NCBI GenBank assembly: GCA_900768545.1
Contig: CAAGDD010000004.1
Location: 17,250 to 81,249, forward strand
Source of the DNA: Clostridia bacterium
GTDB lineage: Bacteria > Bacillota > Clostridia > Christensenellales > UBA1242
Direction of reading: 5' to 3'
DNA length: 64,000 bases
The translations under genes were made by a program, and so were the position numbers. Positions 10,170-20,394 of the stretch are shown here, piece by piece (position 1 is the stretch's first letter; every line of letters starts with the position of its first letter). The notes beneath the pieces are model-generated. The model was given only the letters and a program-made list of their open reading frames with translations. It searched no databases and was not told where the DNA came from.

Positions 10170-10877
10170 TTATTTTTTAAACAAAATGTTTATATAAGTT
10201 TCTTTTATAAACGAAAAAAAGTTTTGATTTGTTTTGTCGTTTTCGATAAGTTTTGACAAAAGATTTGTTGTGTTTTGAAGATAGTTTTCAATATTTTCAA
10301 ACTTTGATTTGTCAAAATAAGTTTCAAAATTTGTCTTTGTTTTTATGTGACAAGAAAAGACATCGTTGCACATTGATTTTGCTTTTTTCTCATCGATTAT
10401 ATTTGTGTCAAGGCTGACAGAAATGTTGAAAAGTTTTTTAAAAATTTCAAATTTTTCTTGCAAGCATTCTGTCAAAATCTTTTTCTCGTCAGCAGAAAAA
10501 CTGCCATCATATTTTTGTTTTTCAAATTCGATTTTCAAAAGTTTGCAGTTTTCATATTGCGTCAAATTTGTTTTCACTTTTTCGCCGTCGGCTTTGTTTT
10601 CAAAAGCATCAGCCAAAAGATAAAATTTGTTGTCTTTTTCAAAAATCACGCCTGCTTTTCCATTTGCTTTCAATTCACTTTGCATAGATGTCAAATCGCT
10701 TTTGTCTTCGCTTTCGAAAACTGACAAAACAAAAATGGTTTGTTTGTCGATTGTAACAATGGTCGTGTTAAACGCGTCGGCAGCAATTAAAAAGTTTGAA
10801 AACAAATATCCGCACGAAATACAAGATAAAACGATCACAACAAACAAAGTGGCGCTAAAGAGTGAAAACTTTTTCAT
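10170..10877 (-). CDS. Hypothetical membrane-anchored protein (N-terminal TM; possible SPOR-like segment)
   Basis: 235 aa with an N-terminal hydrophobic helix. No confident family assignment from sequence alone. Confidence 0.5.
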   Translation of the reverse strand: MKKFSLFSATLFVVIVLSCISCGYLFSNFLIAADAFNTTIVTIDKQTIFVLSVFESEDKSDLTSMQSELKANGKAGVIFEKDNKFYLLADAFENKADGEKVKTNLTQYENCKLLKIEFEKQKYDGSFSADEKKILTECLQEKFEIFKKLFNISVSLDTNIIDEKKAKSMCNDVFSCHIKTKTNFETYFDKSKFENIENYLQNTTNLLSKLIENDKTNQNFFSFIKETYINILFKK

Positions 10878-10970
10878 ATAACAATTATATTAAATTTTTT
10901 TTGCAATATGCTTTCATTATGTTTTTAAAAATTTGTTATTTTTGTTATAATACACATAAACGAGGGAGAA

Positions 10971-11810
10971 ATGTTAAATTTATTTAGAAAACCTATCAAA
11001 GTTGGCTTGGCGTTTGGCGGTGGCGGCGCGCGTGGCCTTTCGCATATCGGCGTTATCAAAGCCTTTGAAGAATATGGGCTCAAATTTGATTATGTTGCGG
11101 GCACAAGTGTCGGCAGTTTGATTGGTGCGGCTTATGCCAAAGGAATGACATCGCAAGAGATGTATGATCGCGCGAAAAAACTCAAAGTCAAAGATATCAA
11201 AACAAACAAAATATTTTTTATGCCATCAAAAACAGACGGGCTTCAAAGTTTGGCTGTCGAACTTTTTGGCGACATTGATATTCAAGAACTTCCAACACCT
11301 TTTTCAGCGGTTGCGGTTGACCTTAAAAGCACAAAAGAAGTTTGCATAAGTCACGGAAATTTGGCAAAGGCTTTGGCGGGCAGTTGTTGTGTTCCGGGAA
11401 TTTTCCAACCAGTTGAATTTGGTGATAGACTTTTGTGCGACGGTGGGCTTCAAAACACAATTCCAGCAAATGTCCCAAGATATTTCGGTTGCGATTATGT
11501 TGTGTCAGTTGATTGCAATAGCACCCGAACTTATGGCACTGACAGTTCAAAAGTTTTGGACGTTTTGGGTTGTTCGATCCGCATTTTGATGAAAAGTAAC
11601 GCGATTAAGGGATATATTTATAGCGATGTTATGATCGCCACAAACAACAAAAAATTCAAATCGACCAAACTTGACGGACTTGATGAAATGGTCGAAACTG
11701 GCTACAAAAACGCCATTGATATGATGCCAGAAATTATGAAAATATTTGGCAGAAAAATGCCAAAGAAAAACTTTAAAGATTTTGACAAAGGAGAAATCGA
11801 TTTTATTTAA
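10971..11810 (+). CDS. Patatin-like phospholipase
   Basis: GLAFGGGGARG oxyanion motif, GTSVGS nucleophile elbow (GxSxG) and a downstream DGG. Confidence 0.85.
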   Translation: MLNLFRKPIKVGLAFGGGGARGLSHIGVIKAFEEYGLKFDYVAGTSVGSLIGAAYAKGMTSQEMYDRAKKLKVKDIKTNKIFFMPSKTDGLQSLAVELFGDIDIQELPTPFSAVAVDLKSTKEVCISHGNLAKALAGSCCVPGIFQPVEFGDRLLCDGGLQNTIPANVPRYFGCDYVVSVDCNSTRTYGTDSSKVLDVLGCSIRILMKSNAIKGYIYSDVMIATNNKKFKSTKLDGLDEMVETGYKNAIDMMPEIMKIFGRKMPKKNFKDFDKGEIDFI

Positions 11811-12926
11811 GTGAAAGAAAAATTGATGAAAAAACTTAAAAATTTTTCAAAAATTGACATTTTTAAGTCAATTTTTCTCTTTTTTACTGTTGCAATGATA
11901 ATTTTGATTATGCTAAACACTCAAATTTTTGAGTTTTGGTATAATGGTTTTTCAAGTTTAAAGTCGTGTGGACTGAAAGTTTATTATTTAGATGTTGGTC
12001 AAGCGACTTCATCTTTGGTAGTGTTTGAAAACGGGCAAACGATGCTTATTGACACCGGCAGCCGCGATAGCGAAAAACAATTTTTAGATGATTTAAATCT
12101 TATTTTGTGGAAAAACAAACTTTCAAAAATCGACTATCTTGTTTTGACACACTCTGACGAAGACCATGTTGGCGGAGTGGTCGGGCTTTTGAAAAAATAT
12201 CAAGTTGACAAAATTTATCGACCAAAGATTTTAGCGATGAGCCCACTTGAAATCGAAACAGAAAATACATATTATCTTGCCACAACAAACGTTTATGCTC
12301 AAACGATAACAAGCGCTTACACCGAGCCAAATTGTGATGTTGAGTTTATCGAAAATTCTTTGTTTTCGATCGGTGAGGCTGATGTTCGATTTTATGCATG
12401 CGACGAAGATTATTACAATGATGTAAACTCATATTGCCCATTTATCACAATCAAAAATGACGGCTACACTTTTATGTTTACGGGTGACGCGACACAGACA
12501 CGAGAAAACGAACTTTTAAATTATCTTCAAACGAGTGGTGAATATTTGCATGTTGATTTTTTAAATGTTGCACATCACGGCTCAAAATACAATTCGACCG
12601 CTGCGTTTTTAAACAAAATCTCACCAAATTTTGCTTTCATTTCGGCGGGCGATCAAAAGCACCCAAGCAGCGAAACTATTGAACGCTTGAAAGACGCTTT
12701 TGTTGAAAATATTTATGTATCAAAACAAGTCGGCACTTGCGCAGTCGGCACAAAAGATGACGGCTTTGTGGTTTGCACAACTTCAAAACAATTTGATCTT
12801 CCACTTGTTTGTGTGCTTTTGGCTTGCGTTTGCTTCGCTGTGTTGAATTTTGACGAAAGGTTATATAAAAAACATAAAAATCGAAGTAATTTTTTAAAAT
12901 ATAGTTTAATATATAAAAATGTGTAG
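11811..12926 (+). CDS. ComEC/Rec2-like metallo-beta-lactamase-fold membrane protein
   Basis: N-terminal TM, LDVGQA...LIDTG and LVLTHSDEDHVGG motifs as in the ComEC C-terminal MBL domain. Start may be the GTG at 11811 or the ATG at 11826. Confidence 0.6.
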   Translation: MKEKLMKKLKNFSKIDIFKSIFLFFTVAMIILIMLNTQIFEFWYNGFSSLKSCGLKVYYLDVGQATSSLVVFENGQTMLIDTGSRDSEKQFLDDLNLILWKNKLSKIDYLVLTHSDEDHVGGVVGLLKKYQVDKIYRPKILAMSPLEIETENTYYLATTNVYAQTITSAYTEPNCDVEFIENSLFSIGEADVRFYACDEDYYNDVNSYCPFITIKNDGYTFMFTGDATQTRENELLNYLQTSGEYLHVDFLNVAHHGSKYNSTAAFLNKISPNFAFISAGDQKHPSSETIERLKDAFVENIYVSKQVGTCAVGTKDDGFVVCTTSKQFDLPLVCVLLACVCFAVLNFDERLYKKHKNRSNFLKYSLIYKNV

Positions 12927-12968
12927 CAAAAAGTTTGTATAAATCTAAATTTATGATAAAATAACAAT

Positions 12969-13445
12969 ATGAGAAATATAAATTTCAACAAAATCATCAT
13001 AGTTTCTTTGTGTGACAGACTTACAAAATCAGTAGGGAAAAAACTGTCGCAAAGTTTAGATATGATGTATTGTGACGCCAAAGATTTGGTCGAATATGAA
13101 CTTATCGACAAAAACACTTTGAAAAAATTTTCGTCAAAAGAATATTTTGACAATGCGGAGCGCGGCGTTTTCAAGCACATAAGTTCTTTTGAAAATGTTG
13201 TTGTGACGTTAAATTTTGATTATTTGTCGCACAATGTTGACCTTTTGAAAGAAGAAAGTTTGATTGTGTTTTTAAAACTTTCAAAAACATATATAAAAGA
13301 ACACGCAAATGTTTTAAATTCTATCTCTTATGACAACAGAACTGCCGAACTTGAAAATCTTTCAAATTTGACTGTGACGCTCAAAAAAACAGAAACAGAT
13401 TTTGTTGTCAACAAGATTATTGAAGAAATTGGGAGAATCGTATGA
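12969..13445 (+). CDS. Shikimate-kinase-like protein with degenerate P-loop
   Basis: 158 aa, collinear with AroK, but Walker A GxxGxGKS is replaced by SLCDRLTKS. Its stop overlaps the tkt start (ATGA). Confidence 0.45.
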   Translation: MRNINFNKIIIVSLCDRLTKSVGKKLSQSLDMMYCDAKDLVEYELIDKNTLKKFSSKEYFDNAERGVFKHISSFENVVVTLNFDYLSHNVDLLKEESLIVFLKLSKTYIKEHANVLNSISYDNRTAELENLSNLTVTLKKTETDFVVNKIIEEIGRIV

Positions 13446-15415
13446 ATATTACTCAAAAATCAATAAATTATTTAAAAGCCCTTTCGGCAGAAACAATTAC
13501 AAATGCCAAATCTGGTCATCTGGGAATTTCTTTGGGTGCATCTTCAATTTTGTTTGCACTTTTTAAAGACCATTACAATTTTGATGTGAGTGACACTGAC
13601 TTTTTAAATCGTGACCGACTTGTTATGTCTGCGGGGCACGCAAGCGCACTTTATTACAGCCTTCTTTCAATGTTTGGCTTCAATGTTAGTTTGAAAGATT
13701 TGAAAGAATTTAGAAAATTTGGCTCAATCACTCCGGGTCACCCAGAATATCACGTGACCGAAGGTGTTGAAGTTTCGACTGGACCACTCGGGCAAGGTGT
13801 GGCAAACGCTGTTGGAATGGCGATTGCGGAAGCGGTTATGGAAGAGCGTTTCAACACTGTCGGTTTTGATATTATAAACAATTACACCTATTGTTTTGTT
13901 GGTGACGGCTGTTTGATGGAAGGTGTTGCAAACGAAGCGGTTAGCCTTGCTGGAAATTTGAAATTAAACAAACTCATTTTGCTTTATGACAGCAACGATG
14001 TTACAATCGACGGCTCTTTGGCTTTGGCAAATCGTGAAAACACAGCCAGAAAGTTTAGAGCAATGGGATGGAATGTTATTCATGTTGAGAGAGGAAACAA
14101 CTATTCAAGTTGCACAAGAGCGATTGCCCGTGCAAAGAAGAGTGACAAACCTACAATTATCATTTTTGACACAACAATCGGCATCGGCACTCAAAAAGAA
14201 GGCACTTCGGCGGTGCACGCAATGATTTTGTCGAATGAAGAACTCCAAGCGTTTAAAGAAAAACTCAATGTAAAAGAGAGTTTTTATATTCCAAGCGACG
14301 TGAGAGAACTTTGTATGGCTTCGACTCGCCGTGGAAAACTCAATCACGAAAAGTGGAATCAAAATTTGGCGATGTATTCAAGCACTCACCCAGAACTTTA
14401 CAAAGCATTTACAGCATTTTTTGACAGAAAGAAAATCAATTTTGAAAGAATCTTAAAAAATATTGCAAAATATGACACGATGAGCACTCGAAAAATCAAC
14501 CATGCAGCACTCAACGAACTTGCTTATCAATGTCCACAACTTCTTGGCGGAACAGCCGATGTTGGCCCTTCGACTATGTCAACTATCGACAATGCAGGAA
14601 ATTTCTCGGCGGGCTATCGTCGCGGCAAAAACTTGCATTATGGTGTGCGTGAACACGCAATGAGCGCGATTTCAAACGGAATTGCTCTTTATGACGACTT
14701 TATCACTTTTGACTCGACTTTCTTGGCATTTTCAAATTATGCGATTCCTGCGATTCGAATGAGAGCAATGATGAAACTTCCTGTTATGTCGTTTTACACT
14801 CACGACTCTTTGGCGGTCGGTCAAGACGGCCCAACACATCAACCTATCGAACAACTTACAATGCTTCGCTCGATTGTTGGAAACACTGTGTTTAGACCTT
14901 GCGATTATAAAGAACTTGTTGCGGGCTACAATTTCTGCATCAAAAATTATTTGCCAGTTTGTTTTGCACTCACAAGACAAAATATTCAGCATGTCGAAAA
15001 CACTTCGTATGAAGGAGCACTGTTTGGCGGATATTTGCTTGAAGACACATCTTCAAAGCCTGAAATCATTTTGGTCGCAAGCGGGTCAGAAGTTCCACTT
15101 GCATCAAGCGTGGCGAAAGAACTTCGAAAGAAATATGAAGTCAATGTTGTTTCAATGCCTTCGCTTGAAGTTTTTGAAAAACAATCACCAGCTTATCGAA
15201 ACAAAATCATAAACAAAGACGCAAAACTTGTGCTTGCGATTGAAGCAAGCAATGACACCAAATGGCTCAAAGTTTTGGGCTCAAATGCGTGCGTTTTTGG
15301 CGTTGACAAATATATGGGCAGCGGCGACGGCGAAGAAATTATGCAAAAGGCTGGATTTAATACAAAAAATTTGGTTAAGTTTGTAGAAAACAAACTAAAA
15401 GACAAAAACAGATAA
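13442..15415 (+). CDS. tkt: Transketolase
   Basis: 657 aa with the SGHLG thiamine-diphosphate motif, GDGCLMEG, and the C-terminal transketolase domains. Confidence 0.95.
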   Translation: MNITQKSINYLKALSAETITNAKSGHLGISLGASSILFALFKDHYNFDVSDTDFLNRDRLVMSAGHASALYYSLLSMFGFNVSLKDLKEFRKFGSITPGHPEYHVTEGVEVSTGPLGQGVANAVGMAIAEAVMEERFNTVGFDIINNYTYCFVGDGCLMEGVANEAVSLAGNLKLNKLILLYDSNDVTIDGSLALANRENTARKFRAMGWNVIHVERGNNYSSCTRAIARAKKSDKPTIIIFDTTIGIGTQKEGTSAVHAMILSNEELQAFKEKLNVKESFYIPSDVRELCMASTRRGKLNHEKWNQNLAMYSSTHPELYKAFTAFFDRKKINFERILKNIAKYDTMSTRKINHAALNELAYQCPQLLGGTADVGPSTMSTIDNAGNFSAGYRRGKNLHYGVREHAMSAISNGIALYDDFITFDSTFLAFSNYAIPAIRMRAMMKLPVMSFYTHDSLAVGQDGPTHQPIEQLTMLRSIVGNTVFRPCDYKELVAGYNFCIKNYLPVCFALTRQNIQHVENTSYEGALFGGYLLEDTSSKPEIILVASGSEVPLASSVAKELRKKYEVNVVSMPSLEVFEKQSPAYRNKIINKDAKLVLAIEASNDTKWLKVLGSNACVFGVDKYMGSGDGEEIMQKAGFNTKNLVKFVENKLKDKNR

Positions 15416-15491
15416 GAATTGTCAAATTTTGACAATTTTTTTTATTCATCAATTCTGCCATATAAAATATAATTTATATGTGGAGCAGAAT

Positions 15492-16439
15492 ATGTTTAAA
15501 AGAAAAAGTATAGTTTTAAGTGATGTTGAAAACAAAACAAATCAAAAAGCGGTTTTGTCGATGGAAGAAGACGATTTGGGGATAAAAGGCAGTGTTCGAC
15601 TTTACAACTTTTCAGCAGAGCCAAACGGAGTTTGTTCGCTTGGATTTTTTATAAACAATCAAATCATAAAGGCTGGTCTTACAAAAAAGTCGAGTATGCT
15701 TTATGACTTTTTTCTCGACCAAAAAGAAATTCCTTCGCAGTTTTCTTGCGCGGTCGTAAATTTTCAAAACGCGGTTGCGACGCCGATTTTGTATGGCGCT
15801 AGTGACGGCAAAGATGATGAGATTTATGGCGAAATAATTTCTCAAATGACGCAAGATAGTTCGCGTCAAAATGTTGAAAAGGTGCTCGATAATTACGGCG
15901 TCGATTATGACGAACAAGAAAAACAACAAATCGAAAAAGATATCGATGACGCAATCTGCGAACAGTGCAAAAATTGTGAAAATTGCGTTTACAAAAAATA
16001 TTTTTATGAAAATCAACAGCTACAAAAAGTCGAAACGGCAGCTGTAACAAAACTTGAAGAAGTTGAAGACGAAGAAAAGCAAGAAGATAGCAAAATAGTT
16101 GGCTTTGTCGAAAAACTTAAGCCACAAATTGACAAATTGTTTGAAACAAATCCTGCCGAAGAAAATTTGCAAAGTTTGATTCCATCTTCAAAATGGGTAA
16201 AAATCGAATATGAAGATGACGGCGATTTTTATGTTTTCGGTCTTTTGTATGATGAAGACGGTGACATAAAATATGTGTGCTATGGAGTGCCAGCGGTGTT
16301 TGAAGAAGAACCGCCAAAAGAACTCTCGGGCTATCCAATTTGGCTTCCGCTTGACAAACAAAATGACAAAGGGTTTGGCTATTGGTTGACATATCAAGAC
16401 GCCATCACAGGTGAGCCGATAAAAGCGATTTTGCAATAG
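15492..16439 (+). CDS. Hypothetical protein with CxxCxxCxxC motif and acidic linker
   Basis: The ATG at 15492 follows GGAGCAG. Contains CEQCKNCENC and a C-terminal region YVFGLLYDEDGDIKYVCYGVP. No family recognised. Confidence 0.5.
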   Translation: MFKRKSIVLSDVENKTNQKAVLSMEEDDLGIKGSVRLYNFSAEPNGVCSLGFFINNQIIKAGLTKKSSMLYDFFLDQKEIPSQFSCAVVNFQNAVATPILYGASDGKDDEIYGEIISQMTQDSSRQNVEKVLDNYGVDYDEQEKQQIEKDIDDAICEQCKNCENCVYKKYFYENQQLQKVETAAVTKLEEVEDEEKQEDSKIVGFVEKLKPQIDKLFETNPAEENLQSLIPSSKWVKIEYEDDGDFYVFGLLYDEDGDIKYVCYGVPAVFEEEPPKELSGYPIWLPLDKQNDKGFGYWLTYQDAITGEPIKAILQ

Positions 16440-16448
16440 GAGTTTTTT

Positions 16449-17390
16449 ATGATTGTTGTTTGTTGGGTTGTGGTGGGGCTTTTGAGCCTTGTTATGCTCG
16501 CACTTTTATATTATCTTGTGGTCGGAAAAATCTTTTTCAATATTGCGTTTTCGCAAAAGACTTTGAAAAAGCGTGCCAAAAAGAAAAACCTTGACGAACT
16601 TTTGAAAAAATACAAAATAGACCTGTGTTGGTGGCAAAAACAAAAGACTCAAAGGATAGAAATAACAAGTTTTGACCAAGCAAAACTTGTCGGGCAATAT
16701 CTTGACAATCATTCAAACAAAACGGCTTTGATCGTGCATGGTTATGGTCAGTTTTATAAAGAAATGGCACCATTTGCAAAGATGTTTTTTGACAAAAATT
16801 TCAATATTTTGGCTGTCGAAAGTCGCGGTCATGGGCAGAGCGGCGGCGATGTCGGCTTCGGCTTTTTTGACGGAAAAGATGTTTGTCTGTGGGCAAAGTT
16901 TTTGAAAGAAAAACACTCAGATGATAAAGTTGTTTTGTTTGGAATTTCAATGGGCGCAACGGCGGTTTGTGCGGCAAGTGGTGAAGATTTGCCAAACAAT
17001 GTGGTTGCGATTGTCGAAGATAGCGGCTATGCAAATGCCAAAGAAGAGATAAGTTTCAATCTAAAAAAGTTTGGAATTTTTAAAAATTTGATGACAAAAC
17101 ATTTGTTGAGTTTTTCAAAACGCGTTTGTCAATTTGATCTTGAAAAAGCAGATGTTTGCGATGCGGTCAAAAAGACCAAAGTGCCGATTTTGTTTGTTCA
17201 CGGCACAGCAGATGAAATTGTGCCAGTCGAAAATGCTCAAAAACTTTACAATGCCACCGACAACGGCTTTCGAGAAATTTATTTGGTCGAAGGTGCTATG
17301 CATGTGATGTCTTATGCACAAGAAGGTGTTTTGTATGAGAAAAAAATATGCGACTTTTTAAAAAGTCGCACACGCCTTTACAAAGACTAA
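16449..17390 (+). CDS. Alpha/beta hydrolase, membrane anchored
   Basis: N-terminal TM, HGYG, nucleophile elbow GISMGA, and HG/D late in the sequence. Confidence 0.75.
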   Translation: MIVVCWVVVGLLSLVMLALLYYLVVGKIFFNIAFSQKTLKKRAKKKNLDELLKKYKIDLCWWQKQKTQRIEITSFDQAKLVGQYLDNHSNKTALIVHGYGQFYKEMAPFAKMFFDKNFNILAVESRGHGQSGGDVGFGFFDGKDVCLWAKFLKEKHSDDKVVLFGISMGATAVCAASGEDLPNNVVAIVEDSGYANAKEEISFNLKKFGIFKNLMTKHLLSFSKRVCQFDLEKADVCDAVKKTKVPILFVHGTADEIVPVENAQKLYNATDNGFREIYLVEGAMHVMSYAQEGVLYEKKICDFLKSRTRLYKD

Positions 17391-17392
17391 TT

Positions 17393-17590
17393 TCAATTTG
17401 TTGAATTTTGCGAAATGGCCGTTTCCAAATCGGATACTCTCTTTGCTAGTGCTTTGATATCTGCACTTCCAACACTTTTTTCAAGGTCGCTTGTGAATTC
17501 TGACACCAAAAATTGTAAGTTTTCCGACAAAATTTCGTTTATTTTTCTCTCAACAATCTGTTCAATTTCATTTTTAAATTCTTCGCTCAT
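17393..17590 (-). CDS. Small hypothetical coiled-coil protein (65 aa)
   Basis: Good AAAGGAGA SD 8 nt before the ATG. No recognisable family. Confidence 0.45.
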   Translation of the reverse strand: MSEEFKNEIEQIVERKINEILSENLQFLVSEFTSDLEKSVGSADIKALAKRVSDLETAISQNSTN

Positions 17591-17653
17591 AAAAAATCTC
17601 CTTTGCGACTATTTTAAAAGACTGCAAGGGAGATTTTCAAGTTTTTATGACAA

Positions 17654-18286
17654 TTATTTTGATTTTTTGCGTTTTATAAACAAGATTGCAAACACAATTC
17701 CAAGCACCGCCATGATCACCGTGAAGCAAGTGATTATCAGCGGATTTATGCCGTTTGCCGAGATTGTTGTGGTCTTTATGTAACCATACATCACTTGATT
17801 TTCATAGACAAAACAAATCGCCGTGTATTCGGCTTTTTTGTTGTAGCCTTCATACATAAAAATTGGTGTGTTTTTTGAAAGTGTAATTTCGCTTTCGACC
17901 ATTTCGGCGTCATTTTTGACAAAAACTTTGGCATCTTGACTGACTTTGCCGTTGTGGTTTGGGGTGGCAACAATTTGACTTTGTTTTTTGGTCACAAGTT
18001 CGCCAAAAACATATCCGTCAATGTTGTTGTAATTCAAAACTTTAAAAAACTCATTTTCGCCGTCAGCATAAATTTTTGGGGCGTCACCATCAAATTCGAT
18101 TTCAAGTTCGGTCTTGTTTGTCACTTTTTGAAGTTTTGTCGATGAAAACGAACAGTCTTGATAGATATATAAATAGTTTGCTGTAACGACATAAATATGG
18201 TCGCTGTTGTCGGCATAACAAGGGGTCGCAGTTGGCAAAAACAGCACAAAAGCAAAACATAAAACAAAAATTAAGATTTTTTTCAT
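17654..18286 (-). CDS. Hypothetical secreted protein with C-terminal TM anchor (SH3-like repeats possible)
   Basis: Signal peptide MKKILIFVLCFAFVLF, a C-terminal hydrophobic helix, then KRKKSK. Confidence 0.5.
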   Translation of the reverse strand: MKKILIFVLCFAFVLFLPTATPCYADNSDHIYVVTANYLYIYQDCSFSSTKLQKVTNKTELEIEFDGDAPKIYADGENEFFKVLNYNNIDGYVFGELVTKKQSQIVATPNHNGKVSQDAKVFVKNDAEMVESEITLSKNTPIFMYEGYNKKAEYTAICFVYENQVMYGYIKTTTISANGINPLIITCFTVIMAVLGIVFAILFIKRKKSK

Positions 18287-18369
18287 ATCAAAATGATAAT
18301 AAAAAACAAAAAAAAAGTCAAAGAAAATTGTTTTAAATCTTTGACTTTTTATTTTTCGTTTGTAAAAAA

Positions 18370-20181
18370 TTAAATATTTTCTGCCAAAAACATATTTTGA
18401 AATTTTTCGTTTCGCTTGAAAAGTTCATCAAAAGTGCCACTATCAATGATTTGTCCGTTGTCCAAGAAGAAAATTTTGTCAACATTTTTGATTGTTGAAA
18501 GGCGGTGGGCAACAATCACGATTGTGCTTTGACCTTTCAATCCGTCGATGCTCTTTTTGACTTCTTCTTGTGCAAAGTTGTCGAGCGAAGATGTGCTTTC
18601 GTCAAAAATCAAAATAGGTGATTTTCGAAGCATTGCTCTCGCGATCGCAAGTCTTTGTTTTTGCCCGCCCGAAAGTTTGATTCCACTTTCGCCGACCTTT
18701 GTGTCAACACCTTTCGCAAGTGAATTTACAAATTCGGTCAAATATGCTTTTTGGATCGCTTCGTCGAGTTCTTCATCTGTCGCGTCTTCTTTTGCCAAAA
18801 GCAAGTTTTCTTTGATCGTCATGTCGAAGATGTAAGGAAATTGATTTACAAGTGAAATTGTGCTGCGAAGTGAATTTTTTGTCAAGTCGTTGATGTTTAC
18901 TCCGTCGATCAAAACTTCACCACTTTCGACTTCAAACATTTTTGACATAAGGTTCAAAATGGTCGATTTTCCGCTTCCAGACTTTCCGACAAAGGCAACT
19001 GTTTTGTTTGGCTCAATTTCGAAAGACAAATCGTCAAAAACTTTGTTTTGTGAAACAATTTGGCGTTCTGGCTTTTGTCCTTTCTTGCGCTTTTTGCCGG
19101 CTTGTTTTTCTTCGGTGCCGTATTCATAAAATGTGTAGCCGACATGTTTAAATTCAACTTTTCCAACAACATTTTCGAGATCGATGTTGCCAAATTTTTC
19201 TGTTACAAATTCTTCTTCATCAAAGAGCGAACTCATACGTTCGGTCGAAACACGGATATCAACGATTTTGTTTGCCATTTCACCAAATCCCCAAATGACG
19301 ACTCTTGCGCTTTCACGATTCGAATAGATGATCATATAAGCCGAAAGTGTCAAAACGCCGGGATCAGCATTCATCACAAATACACACACGATAAGCAAAA
19401 CAATTCCCAAAATTTCGACCAACAAATTTCTTGTTGACCACATTGTCATATCTGTTGTGTCATCTTTGAAAACCGCTTTTTGATAGGTCGCATACTTTTC
19501 TTTTGAAACAATGTTGAGTTGTTTTTCTAGTCCCAAAGATTTGATGTCTTTTTCACTGTGAATAATCTCTGTTGTGAGCGAACTCAAATCGTCGTGAGCT
19601 TTGTGCTTGATATGACGATTTTTGCGTTTTGCTTTGAGTCTAAAATATTCGATAATCAATCCAACAATCATTGTTGCGATCATAATGAGTGCAACATAAA
19701 TGTTTAAAGTTGAGATATAAACAAGCATAATGAGTGACGAAACAACATCTGAAAGAATGTCAACCATATCAGACGAACTATACACAATTCTCTCTGGGTC
19801 GGATACGATTCTTTGAACAAACGTGCCGGTGTCGTGATCGTTGTAAGTCTTTGAGTTGAGTTTAAACGCTTGTTGCGACATATCATAGTTGATTGCCGAC
19901 ATAATCTTGATCGAATAGGTGTTGTAAATCAGGCCCGAACTATACCACATAATTCTTCTCACGATCAAACAAACCAAAATGTAAACAAAGGTGATGATCG
20001 CTTCGTTTAATTGATTGTTTGTGATTTGTTCGACACTTCTTGCCAACAAGATTGTTGAGAAAATGTTGCAAACAGCGGCGACAGCATACACCAAAATGTA
20101 ACTCAAAACTGCTAACCAATATCTTTTGAAATATTTGGCGATATTCAATTTGTTTTTCTGTTTTTTGTTAATATTTTTCAT
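18370..20181 (-). CDS. ABC exporter, fused permease/ATPase half-transporter (MsbA/BmrA-like)
   Basis: 603 aa with six predicted N-terminal TM helices, Walker A GKSGSGKST, signature LSGGQKQR and Walker B ILIFDE. Confidence 0.9.
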   Translation of the reverse strand: MKNINKKQKNKLNIAKYFKRYWLAVLSYILVYAVAAVCNIFSTILLARSVEQITNNQLNEAIITFVYILVCLIVRRIMWYSSGLIYNTYSIKIMSAINYDMSQQAFKLNSKTYNDHDTGTFVQRIVSDPERIVYSSSDMVDILSDVVSSLIMLVYISTLNIYVALIMIATMIVGLIIEYFRLKAKRKNRHIKHKAHDDLSSLTTEIIHSEKDIKSLGLEKQLNIVSKEKYATYQKAVFKDDTTDMTMWSTRNLLVEILGIVLLIVCVFVMNADPGVLTLSAYMIIYSNRESARVVIWGFGEMANKIVDIRVSTERMSSLFDEEEFVTEKFGNIDLENVVGKVEFKHVGYTFYEYGTEEKQAGKKRKKGQKPERQIVSQNKVFDDLSFEIEPNKTVAFVGKSGSGKSTILNLMSKMFEVESGEVLIDGVNINDLTKNSLRSTISLVNQFPYIFDMTIKENLLLAKEDATDEELDEAIQKAYLTEFVNSLAKGVDTKVGESGIKLSGGQKQRLAIARAMLRKSPILIFDESTSSLDNFAQEEVKKSIDGLKGQSTIVIVAHRLSTIKNVDKIFFLDNGQIIDSGTFDELFKRNEKFQNMFLAENI

Positions 20182-20221
20182 AAAAACCTCCTAAAAATTT
20201 TCTTTGCTGATTTTGAAGGCT

Positions 20222-20259
20222 AAAAAAAACCTTCATAATTTTGACTTTACGAAGGTTTT
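20222..20259 (-). terminator. Candidate attenuator hairpin in the ABC-exporter leader
   Basis: The minus-strand RNA reads AAAACCTTC-16 nt-GAAGGTTTT followed by more U. A downstream CCTTCA could pair alternatively with TGAAGG. Confidence 0.35.
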
Positions 20260-20313
20260 TGTGAGTAAAATATATATAAAAAATTATATAGACAAAAGAT
20301 AGCCTTTCGAAAG

Positions 20314-20361
20314 TCTAGTTATTAAATTGAGTTTGTTGTAAGCGATAGTTTTTTTGGTCAT
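20314..20361 (-). CDS. Candidate 15-aa leader peptide MTKKTIALQQTQFNN
   Basis: AAAAGGAGGG SD lies 9 nt before the ATG, with its own promoter upstream. Too short for the ORF track. Confidence 0.4.
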
Positions 20362-20394
20362 TTCGAAAGACCCTCCTTTTGTTAAGATATCAAA

